A stretch of 64,000 nt of DNA from Macrostomum lignano (taxonomy: Eukaryota): positions 124,001-188,000 of the forward strand of contig NIVC01001709.1 in the NCBI GenBank assembly GCA_002269645.1, given 5' to 3'. Positions 1 to 11,571 of the stretch are shown here, one piece after another. The notes beneath the pieces are model-generated. The model did no database searches, was not told the origin of the DNA, and was given only the letters and a program-made list of their open reading frames with translations. Numbering within the stretch: position 1 is the stretch's first letter; each line of letters starts with the position of its first letter. The position numbers and the translations under genes were made by a program.

Positions 1-383
1 GAGCTGTACAAGTGTTGCAAATGGGCATACATGTTATACACTGTGCGCATATACAATGCATTATAAATACGAGCACCTTTAAAACTCTTGCCATTCCGCT
101 TTGCGTGGTCTGATGGACTTGAAGTTTCACAGAGGTGTTTGTTTTGTGTGTAATAATTTTTCTGTAAATTTTCATGCAAATCCGAGCTGTACAAGTGTTG
201 CAAATGGGCATACATGTTATACACTGTGCGCATATAGCTACAATGCATTATAAATACGAGCACCTTTAAAACTCTTGCCATTCCGCTTTGCGTGGTCTGA
301 TGGACTTGAAGTTTCACAGAGGTTTTTGTTTTGTGTGTAATAATTTTTCTGTAAATTTTCATGCAAATCCGAGCTGTACAAGT
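1..383. repeat. Tandem repeat, 183-187 bp unit (2 full copies plus a partial; may continue upstream of the window)
   Basis: GAGCTGTACAAGT restarts at 1, 184 and 371; the copies are near-identical apart from a 4-bp insertion and rare substitutions. Confidence 0.9.
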
Positions 384-696
384 AGGTTTATTTTGTTGCA
401 TTTGTTAGAAATTGAATATCAATACGAATATCTATGGGGAAACAGATACGTGTCCCTGTCGGTTGGATAACTGCTTGAGTAAAAATTAAGTAGCCTATTC
501 ATTAATAGTACTAGATCCATGTGTTTATCGAAGTTTTAGTATTTAGGTATACAGTAAATAAAATTAATAGTGTCGCTTTTATTTCCACCGAAAACAACTA
601 ATTCATAAAAGTATCATAAAGTTTTTCCTGTAAATAATATTTTTGCTTGACATTAGATTTTGTTCCCCTTTTATAAACAATATTATCAGCAAAATC

Positions 697-3684
697 ATGG
701 TCAACTATGTTAAAGGAACTCTAGTAAAATGGTAAGCAAGATAGATTCCTGACAGTAAGCCAAATGTCAATAAATATCAATTAACAAGATTAAAAAATGT
801 GCTATTTATGAGCTGTAAATTTTAATGTAAATTTGAGCTACACTGGAATGAATTGAGTCACATTATAATATATGGTATATAGTCTTATTAAAATATTGCA
901 AATCTGAAAAAATATAGTGCTACTAGTTATTAGTATTAGTAACTAGAAAATATTATTGGGATTAATATTTATTCCCATATTCCCATTTACTAATTGGGAA
1001 CTTATTGGCTACCATAGTCCGGATCATGTCGTTTTTGCCGGAGATCTCTGGCGTAAATCTGGTTTGGGATCGGAGGCTGGCGTAAGTGCTTGGCGTAAGT
1101 ATAGGCCAAAATGTGCCTTGGCGTAAGTGCTTGGCGTAAGTACATGGCATAAATCAAGTGGCGTAAATGTTGGCACAAATGAGATCATTCACAATCAAAT
1201 GTATATTGCAGTTCGTATAAATGAGATAGCAGAATATCTATTGTAGGATAGCAAAATTTTTTTAGCTTCAATATGCTTATTTTGATTCTTGATTCAGAAT
1301 TTGCAACTTGTGAGATTTTTAAACAGTTGCAACTTCTGAATTTAATTAATCACCGATTAATTGTAAATCATCTATTCTATTCTATTCTATCTATTCACAA
1401 GAATTGTGAGGGACCTTTTTTGGGTGGCGTAAGTCAGAGGGACCTTTTTTTGGTTGGCGTAAGTCTGGCATAAGTGCCAAAAAATGTTGGATTTTTCCTC
1501 TGGCGTAAGTCTAGCATGATCTGGACTATGGATTGGCTATCCTACAGAATGGTTCATTAAATTTACTGTACACATATTTTTTTATCTATTGACATAAAAC
1601 TTTCCAAAAATAAATATTTTCATTATGCCAACATTTTAGAAGTGTTTTGGCATTAAAATTTCATTTGTGGAGGGTTGCAACTTAACTTTTATTGTAATTT
1701 CTAGGTTTTTCCCAGTTTTTTTCAAATTTCAACCACTATTATGCAATTTTGAATTTTGTATGCTGATGTCACTGGAAAAAAATGTGTCTATGGCCAAAAT
1801 TAGCTATAAACTCTAGGGATATTATTGAGATAGAAGTATATATTGTACTTAATATTTTTATATAAAAATTACCATAGTTTTTTCCATTTAAAGCATGGAA
1901 AGGTATTCTAAGACAATCAAGTTGAAGCTATATCCTTATTTTGTTAATTCTATTTATTTAGCAATTTGTTGAAATGATCAATCTTTTCTTGTTTATTGCT
2001 AATGCCTTTTATCCAAGTGACTAATAGCTAACCTAAATACCAAGTTGCGGATGGTATGCATATACGCCGGAACTTTTCTGGCATACAAAATGGCCACAAT
2101 TGGTGTACACAACCCCTGGCAAACTTTGTTGGCATACACTATTGGCGTACACAAGTAACATAGCCACACATACTTTTTCGGCGTACAAATTTTGATGAAT
2201 AAATTCATGCTATGCATGAAAATTGTAATGTAAATTACATTTTTATGTAAAGTAACAGATTCATATCATTATTGATAAAATTTTGCTTCTTTTGAAATTA
2301 ACAATAAATAAAATTAGTGTGAATTTTTGCTAAGAGTATCAATTTTGCATCATATTTTTGTAGGTATAATTTAAGTTTGTTTAAATTTAAAATATTTATA
2401 ATATTTTAAAAACACTTTTCATACAAAAGCCTTTCTTAGAAAACTCTAGTCATGAACACTGAAAACTGTATTACCTTTTTAGGAATTTTTGGCGTACATT
2501 TTAGTGCAACATTTTGTTTTTGGCATACATTGGTATACAAAGTCCTTGACACCTAAATTTGGTCTGGCATACACGGATACATGATCCTCACACTGGCCTA
2601 AATATGTAAAAAATGAAAGTATCATTTTATATACATAATGATATACAAAAATAATACTATAAAAATGGTGAACAGATAAATGTTTGCACTTTTTTATTAT
2701 TTTTTATTCTACCATTTTTGTAGAAATGAGCTTCTTTAAAGGATCATAAAAATTGTACATGTATCAAGGTTCCTCAACCAAAAAGTTACATATTGGAGAT
2801 ATCCAACTTTCTATTTGGATACTAATTTTGCTGCTCAGGTTTAGATTTAGCAAGTATATCTAATTATTGAAGAGTATAAATAAAATTAAAGTTATATTAT
2901 TATATTGTATTAATTTTCTATATTTATATATAATAGTATTATAAATAAAAATGTTAATTATTGACCACATAGGTTAAAAAATGCAAAAATACAATAAAAT
3001 GGCAACATTTCTACCCTTGAATTTACTTTGTTAAGTCTCTCTTACCCATATAAATCATCAACTATAGACTTCATATTTATAGAGTGCTCAAAAATAACAA
3101 ATTATATAGAAGTCCTAAAGTTGCAAGAATCCTAATAATTATCTATCTTTTATACTTTATATGAAATATAAAATAAAATAAAATATGGAAATTAAGTTAA
3201 TGGCATTTAGCTTAGAAAAAACTAAGTGCACAAAATCAGAATGTCAGAAATAGCTTAAATACCATTGTTATAATACAAAAATCATAGCATGTTTTGTTGA
3301 CTAAGATTAGGCCTGTCATTTAACAACTTGTTTGTCCAATTGTTATTATATAATAAAATTATTGTCTTATAGATTAAAAAATTGATCCTAATTAGATAGT
3401 CAGTACTTTTTTAAATTTATGCTATGTAGCAAGTAAAAGTATGGTAATTTCCTATACCAAATTTGACCAGTCACTATCAAATTTCTCACTGTTTTAGTGA
3501 CCCAGCAATGAAGCAACTCCTGTTGCACTTGTCTGAGTCTCACGCGCTTGGCAAAGCCTTTGTTGTTGCCGACCTGGATGAGGAGCACCTGTTTGTTGAG
3601 ACGGCTATGGTTGATAAGATCAAAGAGAAGCTGGCATCCGAGATGGACCGGATTTCTTACACTCCATCGAGTGTTTATGAATGA
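697..3684 (+). CDS. GTF2H5: TFIIH p8 subunit (TFB5/TTDA), join(697..731,3498..3684), 73 aa
   Basis: Spliced product [45 protein letters not shown] matches the p8 family (MVNxxKGxLxxCDPAMKQxLLxL). Donor TG|GTAAG at 731/732 and acceptor TTTTAG|T at 3497/3498 rebuild the Cys codon in frame. Confidence 0.93.
1012..1531. mobile_element. MITE / non-autonomous TIR DNA transposon, 520 bp, 8-bp TSD
   Basis: 17-bp TIRs CCATAGTCCGGATCATG (1012-1028) and CATGATCTGGACTATGG (1515-1531), 1 mismatch. TSD ATTGGCTA at 1004-1011 and 1532-1539. Subterminal clusters of TGGCGTAA. Confidence 0.88.
2040..2596. mobile_element. Second, related MITE, 557 bp, 8-bp TSD
   Basis: TSD CCTAAATA at 2032-2039 and 2597-2604; CC...GG termini. 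Right end CATGATCCTCACACTGG resembles the first MITE TIR (13/17). Subterminal TGGCATAC/GGCGTAC motifs. Left TIR is degenerate. Confidence 0.72.
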
Positions 3685-4026
3685 ATGACTTTGTTATTGA
3701 TGAAAAAACTGTTGTAAAGTGATTTCATTCTGTACTCATATTTGCTTCTAATGTTGAATTTGCATTTTGGTGTGTGTAAAAAATATGATGGGGAGATCAA
3801 ATATGCCTTTGCCATTGGACTCTGCTTATTTCTTATACACCTAGATATATGCCTAGAAAGAATAATAACAGGGACAGAGGCGCCTAGTCTGTATAGGGGG
3901 CTCCGGACACACCTGATGCAGAGGCATTGCCACTTGTTATGGCGGGAGAGGGAGGCTGAAAAGTTACACAAGTTTTAGCGCGAACAGCAACCCTTTTAGC
4001 TCTTGCTCTGGCCCTCTTTTTGACGC

Positions 4027-4700
4027 CCCTTGGCACTCATTTGAAACCCCTGGCATTCCGTTTTGGCGCCCCTTTGGCACTCATTTGAAACCCCTGGCAT
4101 TCCGTTTTGGCGCCCCTTGGCTCTCATTTGAAACCCCTGGCATTCCGTTTTGGCGCCCCTTTGGCACTCATTATTTGAAACCCCTGGCATTCCGTTTTGG
4201 CGCCCCCTTGGCACTCATTTAAAACCCCTGGCATTCCGTTTTGGCGCCCCTTTGGTACTCATTTGAAACCCCTAGCATTCCGTTTTGGCGCCCCTTTGGC
4301 ACTCATTTGAAACCCCTGGCATTCCGTTTTGGCGCCCCTTTGGCACTCATTTGAAACCCCTGGCATTCCGTTTTGGCGCCCCTTGGCTCTCATTTGAAAC
4401 CCCTAGCATTCCGTTTTGGCGCCCCTTTGGCACTCATTATTTGAAACCCCTGGCATTCCGTTTTGGCGCCCCCTTGGCACTCATTTAAAACCCCTGGCAT
4501 TCCGTTTTGGCGCCCCTTTGGCACTCATTTGAAACCCCTAGCATTCCGTTTTGGCGCCCCTTTGGCACTCATTTAAAACCCCTGGCATTCCGTTTTGGCG
4601 CCCCTTGGCTCTCATTTTGGCGCCCCCCTTGGCACTCATTTTGGAGCCCCTTGGCACTCATTTGGCGCCCCCTTGGCACTCATTTGGCGCCCCTTGGCCT
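4027..4700. repeat. Minisatellite, ~43-44 bp unit (TTGGCACTCATTTGAAACCCCTGGCATTCCGTTTTGGCGCCCC)
   Basis: Directly visible tandem copies between GTF2H5 and NTAN1. Confidence 0.95.
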
Positions 4701-4875
4701 TCTTGGCGTCTCCGAGAGGAAGACGGTCAATTTTTTCTGTGTTACATTGCTTGATAAACTTCATGAACACGTGGCGCAAAAATGAAAAATAAAAATAGAA
4801 TCCCAAATATTGCAATAACAGAATCTCTAATCTTTCAAAAACATCTTCAAAATCTTCAGCAGCAGCAGCAGCTAA

Positions 4876-6438
4876 ATGGTTGTCTACCTGGACTCGAACA
4901 GCCGTCCACTGTCCAGCACGGATCTGTCCAGTCCTAAGTCGGCCCTGTCCACCGTCCTGTCCTGTCCGGCGCTTGCCCAATCGGCGCTCCGCTTGGTGTC
5001 GACGCCGCCGATTCAGGCTGGGCCGGCCGGCCTGCTCTACCTGCACCAGCGCGAGTGCGCCTTCGTCCGCCGGACAGATCCGGCCGTCCAGCTGCTGGCC
5101 TCGGACGATGCCACCACCTGTCATTTAGTTGCCGTGCGAAATCCGGCCACGGGCGACACCCTGCTGTGCCACTTTGATGGCGCCGGCGCCACTAGTCTTG
5201 TCTTCATTGTCGATGAGCGCTTCTGCGGCTCCGGCTTCCCCGACTCCCGTGGCGAGTCCGCTTCGCTCACCCAAGAACTGCTGCAGGCTTTTCGTCGCTC
5301 CCGGCTTCACTTCCGGTTGCGCACCGCCTGCTTGGCGCCGAGTAATGGCGCCAGGCGCGGCGCGGACAACCTCGTGTATCCGGTGATCACCGGCCTGGTG
5401 ATGTCCGTTGCCGATGGCTCGCTGACGCCCGCCAAGGTGCCGCTGCCTGTCCGAGGGCCCTGGCAGGCGTTGCGCGGACTGCGGTTTCTGAGCCGCGAGG
5501 ACGTCGTGTTTGAGGTCTGTCGGCAGAGTGGAACTCATGTTGGGGCTTGGCTTCGTCTGTTTGTTAGAGTTTGTCATGAGAGCAGCTATTCTGAAATCCT
5601 TGAATAGTTGCTTCTTGAATGTACGAGGATATCCATTTTCAGTTCGTTTAAAAAATCGTCTCAGAATTCCTCTGAAATTCGCTTCAGAATTCATTTGAAA
5701 TTCGCCTTGGAACTCTTCTGAAAATCGCCTTGGAATCTATCTGAAATTAACCTCGGAATTCATCTGAAATTCACCTCGGAATTCTTCTGAAATTCACCTC
5801 GGAATTCATCTGAAATTCACCTCGGAATTCTTCTGAAATTCACCTCGGAATTCTTCTGAAATTCACCGCAGAATTCATCTGAGATTCGCCTCAGAATTCA
5901 TCTGAGATTCGCCTCAGAATTCATCTGAGATTCGCCTCAGAATTCATCTGAGATTCACCTCAGAATTCATCTGAGATTCGCCTCATAATTCATCTGAAAT
6001 TTGCCTCAGAATTCATCTGAAATTCACCTCAGAATTCATCTGAAATTTGCCTCAGAATTCATCTGAAATTCGCTTCTAACTTTTAACTGCCAGTGAATGT
6101 GCTGAGAAGCCTAATTGCTAACTTATTGCACAATGCCTCAGGTGTACGATCCAGACAGTCACTGCCTGGTGCTGCGACCCTTCGACTACAGCGGCAGCCA
6201 GATTTTCGACGCTTATGCGGACGCGCCCGATTCGGCCTTGGCAAAATTGTCAACTTCGCCGCGTCAAGAGCCGCCGCACTTTGTTGCCAACCTGCGCCAG
6301 GCGCTGCGATTCGGCCGAGCTAACAAGCGGCCGGCTCGGCAGGTGTTTCATCTGGGAAACATTGTTGAACGGCCGCTGCCTGGCGGCCTGTGGCAGCACG
6401 GAGCTGGGGCTGCGGAGTCCGACTTGAAGACTGCATGA
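4876..6438 (+). CDS. NTAN1: Protein N-terminal asparagine amidohydrolase, join(4876..5514,6142..6438), ~311 aa
   Basis: Family motifs GLLYLHQRE, ASDDATTCHLV (catalytic Cys), CHFDG, YPVITG, VYDP and STSPRQEPPHFV. Phase-0 GT-AG intron 5515-6141. Confidence 0.93.
5690..6075. repeat. Minisatellite, 23 bp unit (GAATTCATCTGAAATTCACCTCG), in NTAN1 intron
   Basis: Tandem copies visible. Confidence 0.93.
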
Positions 6439-6454
6439 TCAAGGACTGCCGACC

Positions 6455-6960
6455 GTCTGTGCTGAGGGTCCTGAGGGGGGAGTAGCGGCAGTGTGCTGAG
6501 GGTCCTGAGGGGGAGTAGCGACAGTGTGCTGAGGGTCCTGAGGGGGAGTAGCGGCAGTGAGCTGAGGGTCCTGAGGGGGAGTAGCGACAGTGTGCTGAGG
6601 GTCCTGAGGGGGAGTAGCGGCAGTCACAGTGTGCTGAGGGTCCTGAGGAGGGGTAGCGGCAGTTTGCTGAGGGTCCTGAGGAGGAGTAGCGGCAGTGTGC
6701 TGAGGGTCCTGAGGGTGAGTAGCGGCAGTGTGCTGAGGGTCCTGAGGGTGAGTAGCGACAGTGTACTGAGGTTCCTGAGGGGGGGAGTAGCGTCAGTGTG
6801 CTGAGGGTCCTGAGGGGGAGTAGCGGCAGTGTGCTGAGGGTCCTGAGGGTGAGTAGCGGCAGTGTGCTGAGGGTCCTGAGGAGGGGTAGCGGCAGTTTGC
6901 TGAGGGTCCTGAGGAGGAGTAGCGGCAGTGTGCTGAGGGTCCTGAGGGGGTAGCTGCAGT
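6455..6960. repeat. Minisatellite, 33-34 bp unit (GTGTGCTGAGGGTCCTGAGGGGGAGTAGCGGCA)
   Basis: Starts about 17 bp after the NTAN1 stop and fills the NTAN1-THOC7 spacer. Confidence 0.95.
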
Positions 6961-7266
6961 GTGTTTTTATTTATACTATGCAAGTAAATTTATTTATTTA
7001 CTTTATATCTTGCTTCGCTCAGCTGATTACTCTTCGTACGAACAACAGGCGACAATTTCGTTTGCGTTTTGCGCGTAATTTTAGCAGCTTGGGTGTTTTT
7101 GCTTAGCCTTGAAGAAGTTTGTTATTCCTGTAAGCGGCACTTCTACGGTATTGTCTTTCATTTTCAGTAATAATAGATTCTCTATATATTAATAAAACTT
7201 TTGATAAGTTACTTGATTTTGCATTTACTTTTTCTGTTTTGATTGTTTTGATTGTTATCACACTTC

Positions 7267-7276
7267 GCGCATGCGC
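7267..7276. promoter_or_regulatory. Perfect NRF1-type palindrome GCGCATGCGC upstream of the first THOC7 conserved exon
   Basis: Exact match to the NRF1/EWG consensus in otherwise AT-rich DNA. Function is inferred only. Confidence 0.35.
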
Positions 7277-7310
7277 TCGCTAGCTCACTTGTTCTTGTTA
7301 CCCTTTAGTG

Positions 7311-7700
7311 ATGCAGTCACCCTCAGCCTCTAGAGATGTAGTCACACCCAGCCTCCAGTGATGCAGTCACCCCCAGCCTCTAGAGATGTAGTCACACCCA
7401 GCCTCCAGTGATGCAGTCACCCCAGACTCTGGTGATGCAGTCACCCCCAGCCTCCAGTGGTGCAGTCACCCCAGACTCCAGAGATGAAGTCACCCCCAGC
7501 CTCTAGAGATGTAGTCACACCCAGCCTCCAGAGATGAAGTCATCCCCAGCCTCTAGAGATGTAGTCACACCCAGCCTCCAGTGATGCAGTCACCCCAGAC
7601 TCTGGTGATGCAGTCACCCCAGACTCCAGAGATGCAGTCACCCCCAGCCTCCAGTGGTGCAGTCACCCCAGACTCCAGAGATGAAGTCACCCCAGCCTCC
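7311..7700. repeat. Minisatellite, ~24-25 bp units (ATGCAGTCACCCCCAGCCTC... variants)
   Basis: Tandem copies directly upstream of the THOC7 exon. Confidence 0.9.
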
Positions 7701-7724
7701 AACACTGCACCACCACCACCGCAG

Positions 7725-9970
7725 GCTGTCACAGAGGAGGAGGTGATCAAGCGCCGGCTATTGGTGGAAGGCGACTCCGGCCGCGAGGACAAGAAGCTGC
7801 AGTACGCTACGCGGCAGCTGGCAGCCTGGCTGGAGGCCGCCCCCGCCCCGGCCAAAGACGGCCAGACCCTGCAGCAGCTGCTGGTTCACGTGGCCCAACT
7901 GGAGGCTGCGATGGGCCGCGCGGCCAGAGCAGAGGAAGTGAACAGGACCGAGCAGCAGCACTATCGGGCTCTGGGCGACCAGGTTGCCGAGGAGATTCAG
8001 GCTGCGGAAGCACGGATTGTGCAGTTGCAGGTGTGCTTGGGTCTCGTCTGAAAGATATTTATTCGTGTCTTTCCTTTATTTTTACCACTATCGGAAGACT
8101 GCCCTTAAACACCCCCAATTGACCCTGTATTTAAACACCCTCAATAGACCCTGTCCCTAAACACCCTAAATATACCCTGTCCTTAAACACCATCCACAGA
8201 CCCTGTCCTTAAACACCATCCATAGACCCTGTCCTTAAACACCATCCACAGACCCTGTCCTTAAACACCATCCATAGACCCTGTCCTTAAACACCCTCAA
8301 TAGACCCTGTCCTTAAACACCCTAAATATACTCTGTCCTTAAACACCCTAAATATACCCTGTCCTTAAACACCCTCAATAGACCCTGTCCTTAAACACCA
8401 TCCACATACCCTGTCCTTAAACACCATCCACAGACCCTGTTTTTAAACACCATCCACAGACCCTGTCCTTAAACACCCTAAATATACTCTGTCCTTAAAC
8501 ACCCTAAATATACCCTGTCCTTAAACACCCTCAATAGACCCTGTCATTAAACACCATCCACAGACCCTGTCCTTAAACACCCTAAATATACTCTGTCCTT
8601 AAACACCCTCAATAGACCCTGTCCTTAAACACCCTAAATATACCCTGTCCTTAAACACCCTCAATAGACCCTGTCCTTAAACACCATCCATAGACCCTGT
8701 CATTAAACACCATCCATAGACCCTGTCCTTAAACACCATCCATAGACCCTGTCATTAAACACCATCCATAGACCCTGTCATTAAACACCATCCACAGACC
8801 CTGTCCTTAAACACCCTAAATATACCCTGTCCTTAAACACCCTCAATAGACCCTGTCCTTAAACACCCTAAATATACCCTGTCCTTAAACACCATCCATA
8901 TACCCTGTCCTTAAACACCATCCATAGACCCTGTCATTAACACCATCCACAGACCCTGTCATTAAACACCACCCATAGACCCTGTCATTAAACACCATCC
9001 ACAGACCCTGTCCTTAAACACCACCCATAGACCCTGTCATTAAACACCATCCACAGACCCTGTCCTTAAACACTACCCATAGACCCTGTCATTAAACACC
9101 ATCCACAGACCCTGTCATTAAACACCACCCATAGACCCTGTCATTAAACACCATCCACAGACCCTGTCATTAAACACCACCCATAGACCCTGTCATTAAA
9201 CAACACCCATAGACCCTGTCATTAAACAACACCCATAGACCCTGTCATTAAACACCATCCACAGACCCTGTCATTAAACACCATCCACAGACCCTGTCCT
9301 TAAACACCACCCATAGACCCTGTCATTAAACACCATCCACAGACCCTGTCATTAAACACCATCCACAGACCCTGTCATTAAACACCACCCATAGACCCTG
9401 TCATTAAACACCATCCATAGACCCTGTCATTAAACACCATCCACAGACCCTGTCCTTAAACACCATCCTCAGACCCTGTCCTCAATCTCACTGAGTAGTA
9501 ATTAGCTGACGAGGCTTCACACATTTGAATCTGTGAATAGCTACTCACGCCGTTTACCTCGCACTAAAATTTGCACCTCTCAGTCGGAGCTCGAGACGGC
9601 CATGCAGTGCCGCCGCAACCGTCAGGAATACGACACCCAGGCCGGCGTGATTCTCGGCCACCCCGACCGCGCCTCAAGTGAAGCTCGCCTAGCCGAAATG
9701 GGCGCCAGACTAGCCAGTTTGCGCCAGACTGACCGGCGCCTCGGCGCCAGGCTGGAAGCGCGCCGGCGCCAGTGCCGCCTGTTGGCAGCTGCTCTGCGCG
9801 ATTTCTCGTCAGCCGCCGCGTTTGAAGAAGACGAAGGCGGCGAATCCGGCGACGCGACCGATTTGGAAGTCGAGCCGCCGGACGCGTCAGTCGAACCCGA
9901 GGAGGCTGCAGCGAATGATGAAGATAAAGATGTTGTGATGCTGACTAAGCCTTCGGCGTCTAGCAGCTAG
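7725..9970 (+). CDS. THOC7: THO complex subunit 7, join(7725..8030,9584..9970), start codon unresolved
   Basis: AVTEEEVIKRRLLVEGDSGREDKKL and RRNRQEYDTQAGVILGHPDR match THOC7 motifs (AVTDDEVIRKRLLIDGDG, RKNRQEYDALAKVIQHHPDR). Phase-0 GT-AG intron 8031-9583. Confidence 0.9.
8100..9480. repeat. Minisatellite, 26 bp unit (CCCTGTCCTTAAACACCATCCACAGA), in THOC7 intron
   Basis: Tandem copies visible. Confidence 0.95.
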
Positions 9971-10614
9971 CTGTCTTTGGTTTTGAGGCAAACAGCGAAA
10001 CTTGCAAGACTGAGAAATCATGTCCCTCTCAACTACTTACTTATCCTAGTAGTATAAATGCCCATGTTTTCTCTTCTAACCACAATTATTATGACTTACT
10101 AGTTTAAACTAACTGCATTTTGGCGCGTTTCATTAACACGTGGCTTGTTATCAATGTTATCAATAAACATTTGAACAATAATAATAGTCCTGCTCTGTTG
10201 CCATCTTCGGGGTCTCTGTTTTGCTAATTTGCAATATTTAAGTGTCATCATACATATATGATTGTCCAGATGGGGACTCTGTAGCTCTGTAGCATCAGAG
10301 GAGACGAGAATTATTGATATTCATAAAGCTTTTTGTTTCGACAATTAGGATTTTGTGTTAATTTTTTTATTCTACGTACTGTACAGTTGCATATGTCTTG
10401 CCTAAAAACACCATTAAAATGGCACGGCTCAGCTCATTGGTTTTATGAATCCAGTTTTAAACGAAAAGCTTTTTTTGGATATCAATAGAGCTATAAGAAC
10501 GACACAACGTATTAAAAGATGAGCATTGGGTCTGCCTCCTATCGAAAGCAATAACATTTTTTGTGCTGAAAATTTCCATCTCCCTAGTGTAGTGCGAAAA
10601 CCAGCCTCAAACAT

Positions 10615-11432
10615 TCCCCGTCCTTCTGCTTGAGTAGTCCTTGATCAAAAGATTAACATTAGGTCTGCCTTCCTTCTGCTTGAGTAGTCCTTGTTCAAAA
10701 GATTAACATTGGGTCTTCCTTCTGCTTGAGTAGTCCTTGATCAAAAGATTAACATTAAGTCTGCCTTCCTTCTTAGGTCTTCCTTCTGCTTGAGTAGTCC
10801 TTGGTCAAAAGATTAACATTAAGTCTGCCTTCCTTCTTAGGTCTTCCTTCTGCTTGAGTAGTCCTTGGTCAAAAGATTAACATTAGGTCTTCCTTCTGCT
10901 TGAGTAGTCCTTGGTCAAAAGATTAACATTAGGTCTTCCTTCTGCTTGAGTAGTCCTTGATCAAAAGATTAACATTAGGTCTGCCTTCCTTCTGCTTGAG
11001 TAGTCCTTGGTCAAAAGATTAATATTGGGTCTTCCTTCTGCTTGAGTAGTCCTTGATCAAAAGATTAACATTGGGTCTTCCTTCTGCTTGAGTAGTCCTT
11101 GATCAAAAGATTAACATTGGGTCTTCCTTCTGCTTGAGTAGTCCTTGATCAAAAGATTAACATTAGGTCTTCCTTCTGCTTGAGTAGTCCTTGATCGAAA
11201 GATTAACATCAGGTCTGCCTTCTTTCTTAGGTTTTCCTTCTGCTTGAGTAGTCCTTGATCGAAAGATTAACATCAGGTCTGCCTTCTTTCTTAGGTTTTC
11301 CTTCTGCTTGAGTAGTCCTTGATCGAAAGATTAACATTAGGTCTGCCTTCTGCTTGAGTAGTCCTTGGTCAAAAGATTAACATCAGGTCTGCCTTCCTTC
11401 TTAGGTCTTCCTTCTGCTTGAGTAGTCCTTGG
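10615..11432. repeat. Minisatellite, ~46-62 bp unit (TCCTTCTGCTTGAGTAGTCCTTGATCAAAAGATTAACATTGGGTCT)
   Basis: Tandem copies with small length variants and no unique spacers. Confidence 0.95.
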
Positions 11433-11571
11433 TCCGCGTGCGTGCGGCCTGGCCTCGATTTACGTCAGCGCCGCCGCCCCCTTACAAAAAATTATCCAGA
11501 AATGTCCCACTACTCTACTGCAAGTAGGCTAGAAACGATTTTGACAAGCTAAACTTATTGCAAAATTGCAG

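Noticed and set aside
1-383. Spliced-leader RNA gene array
   Set aside because: No SL-like exon ending AUG followed by a GT donor was found, and only a weak Sm-like site.
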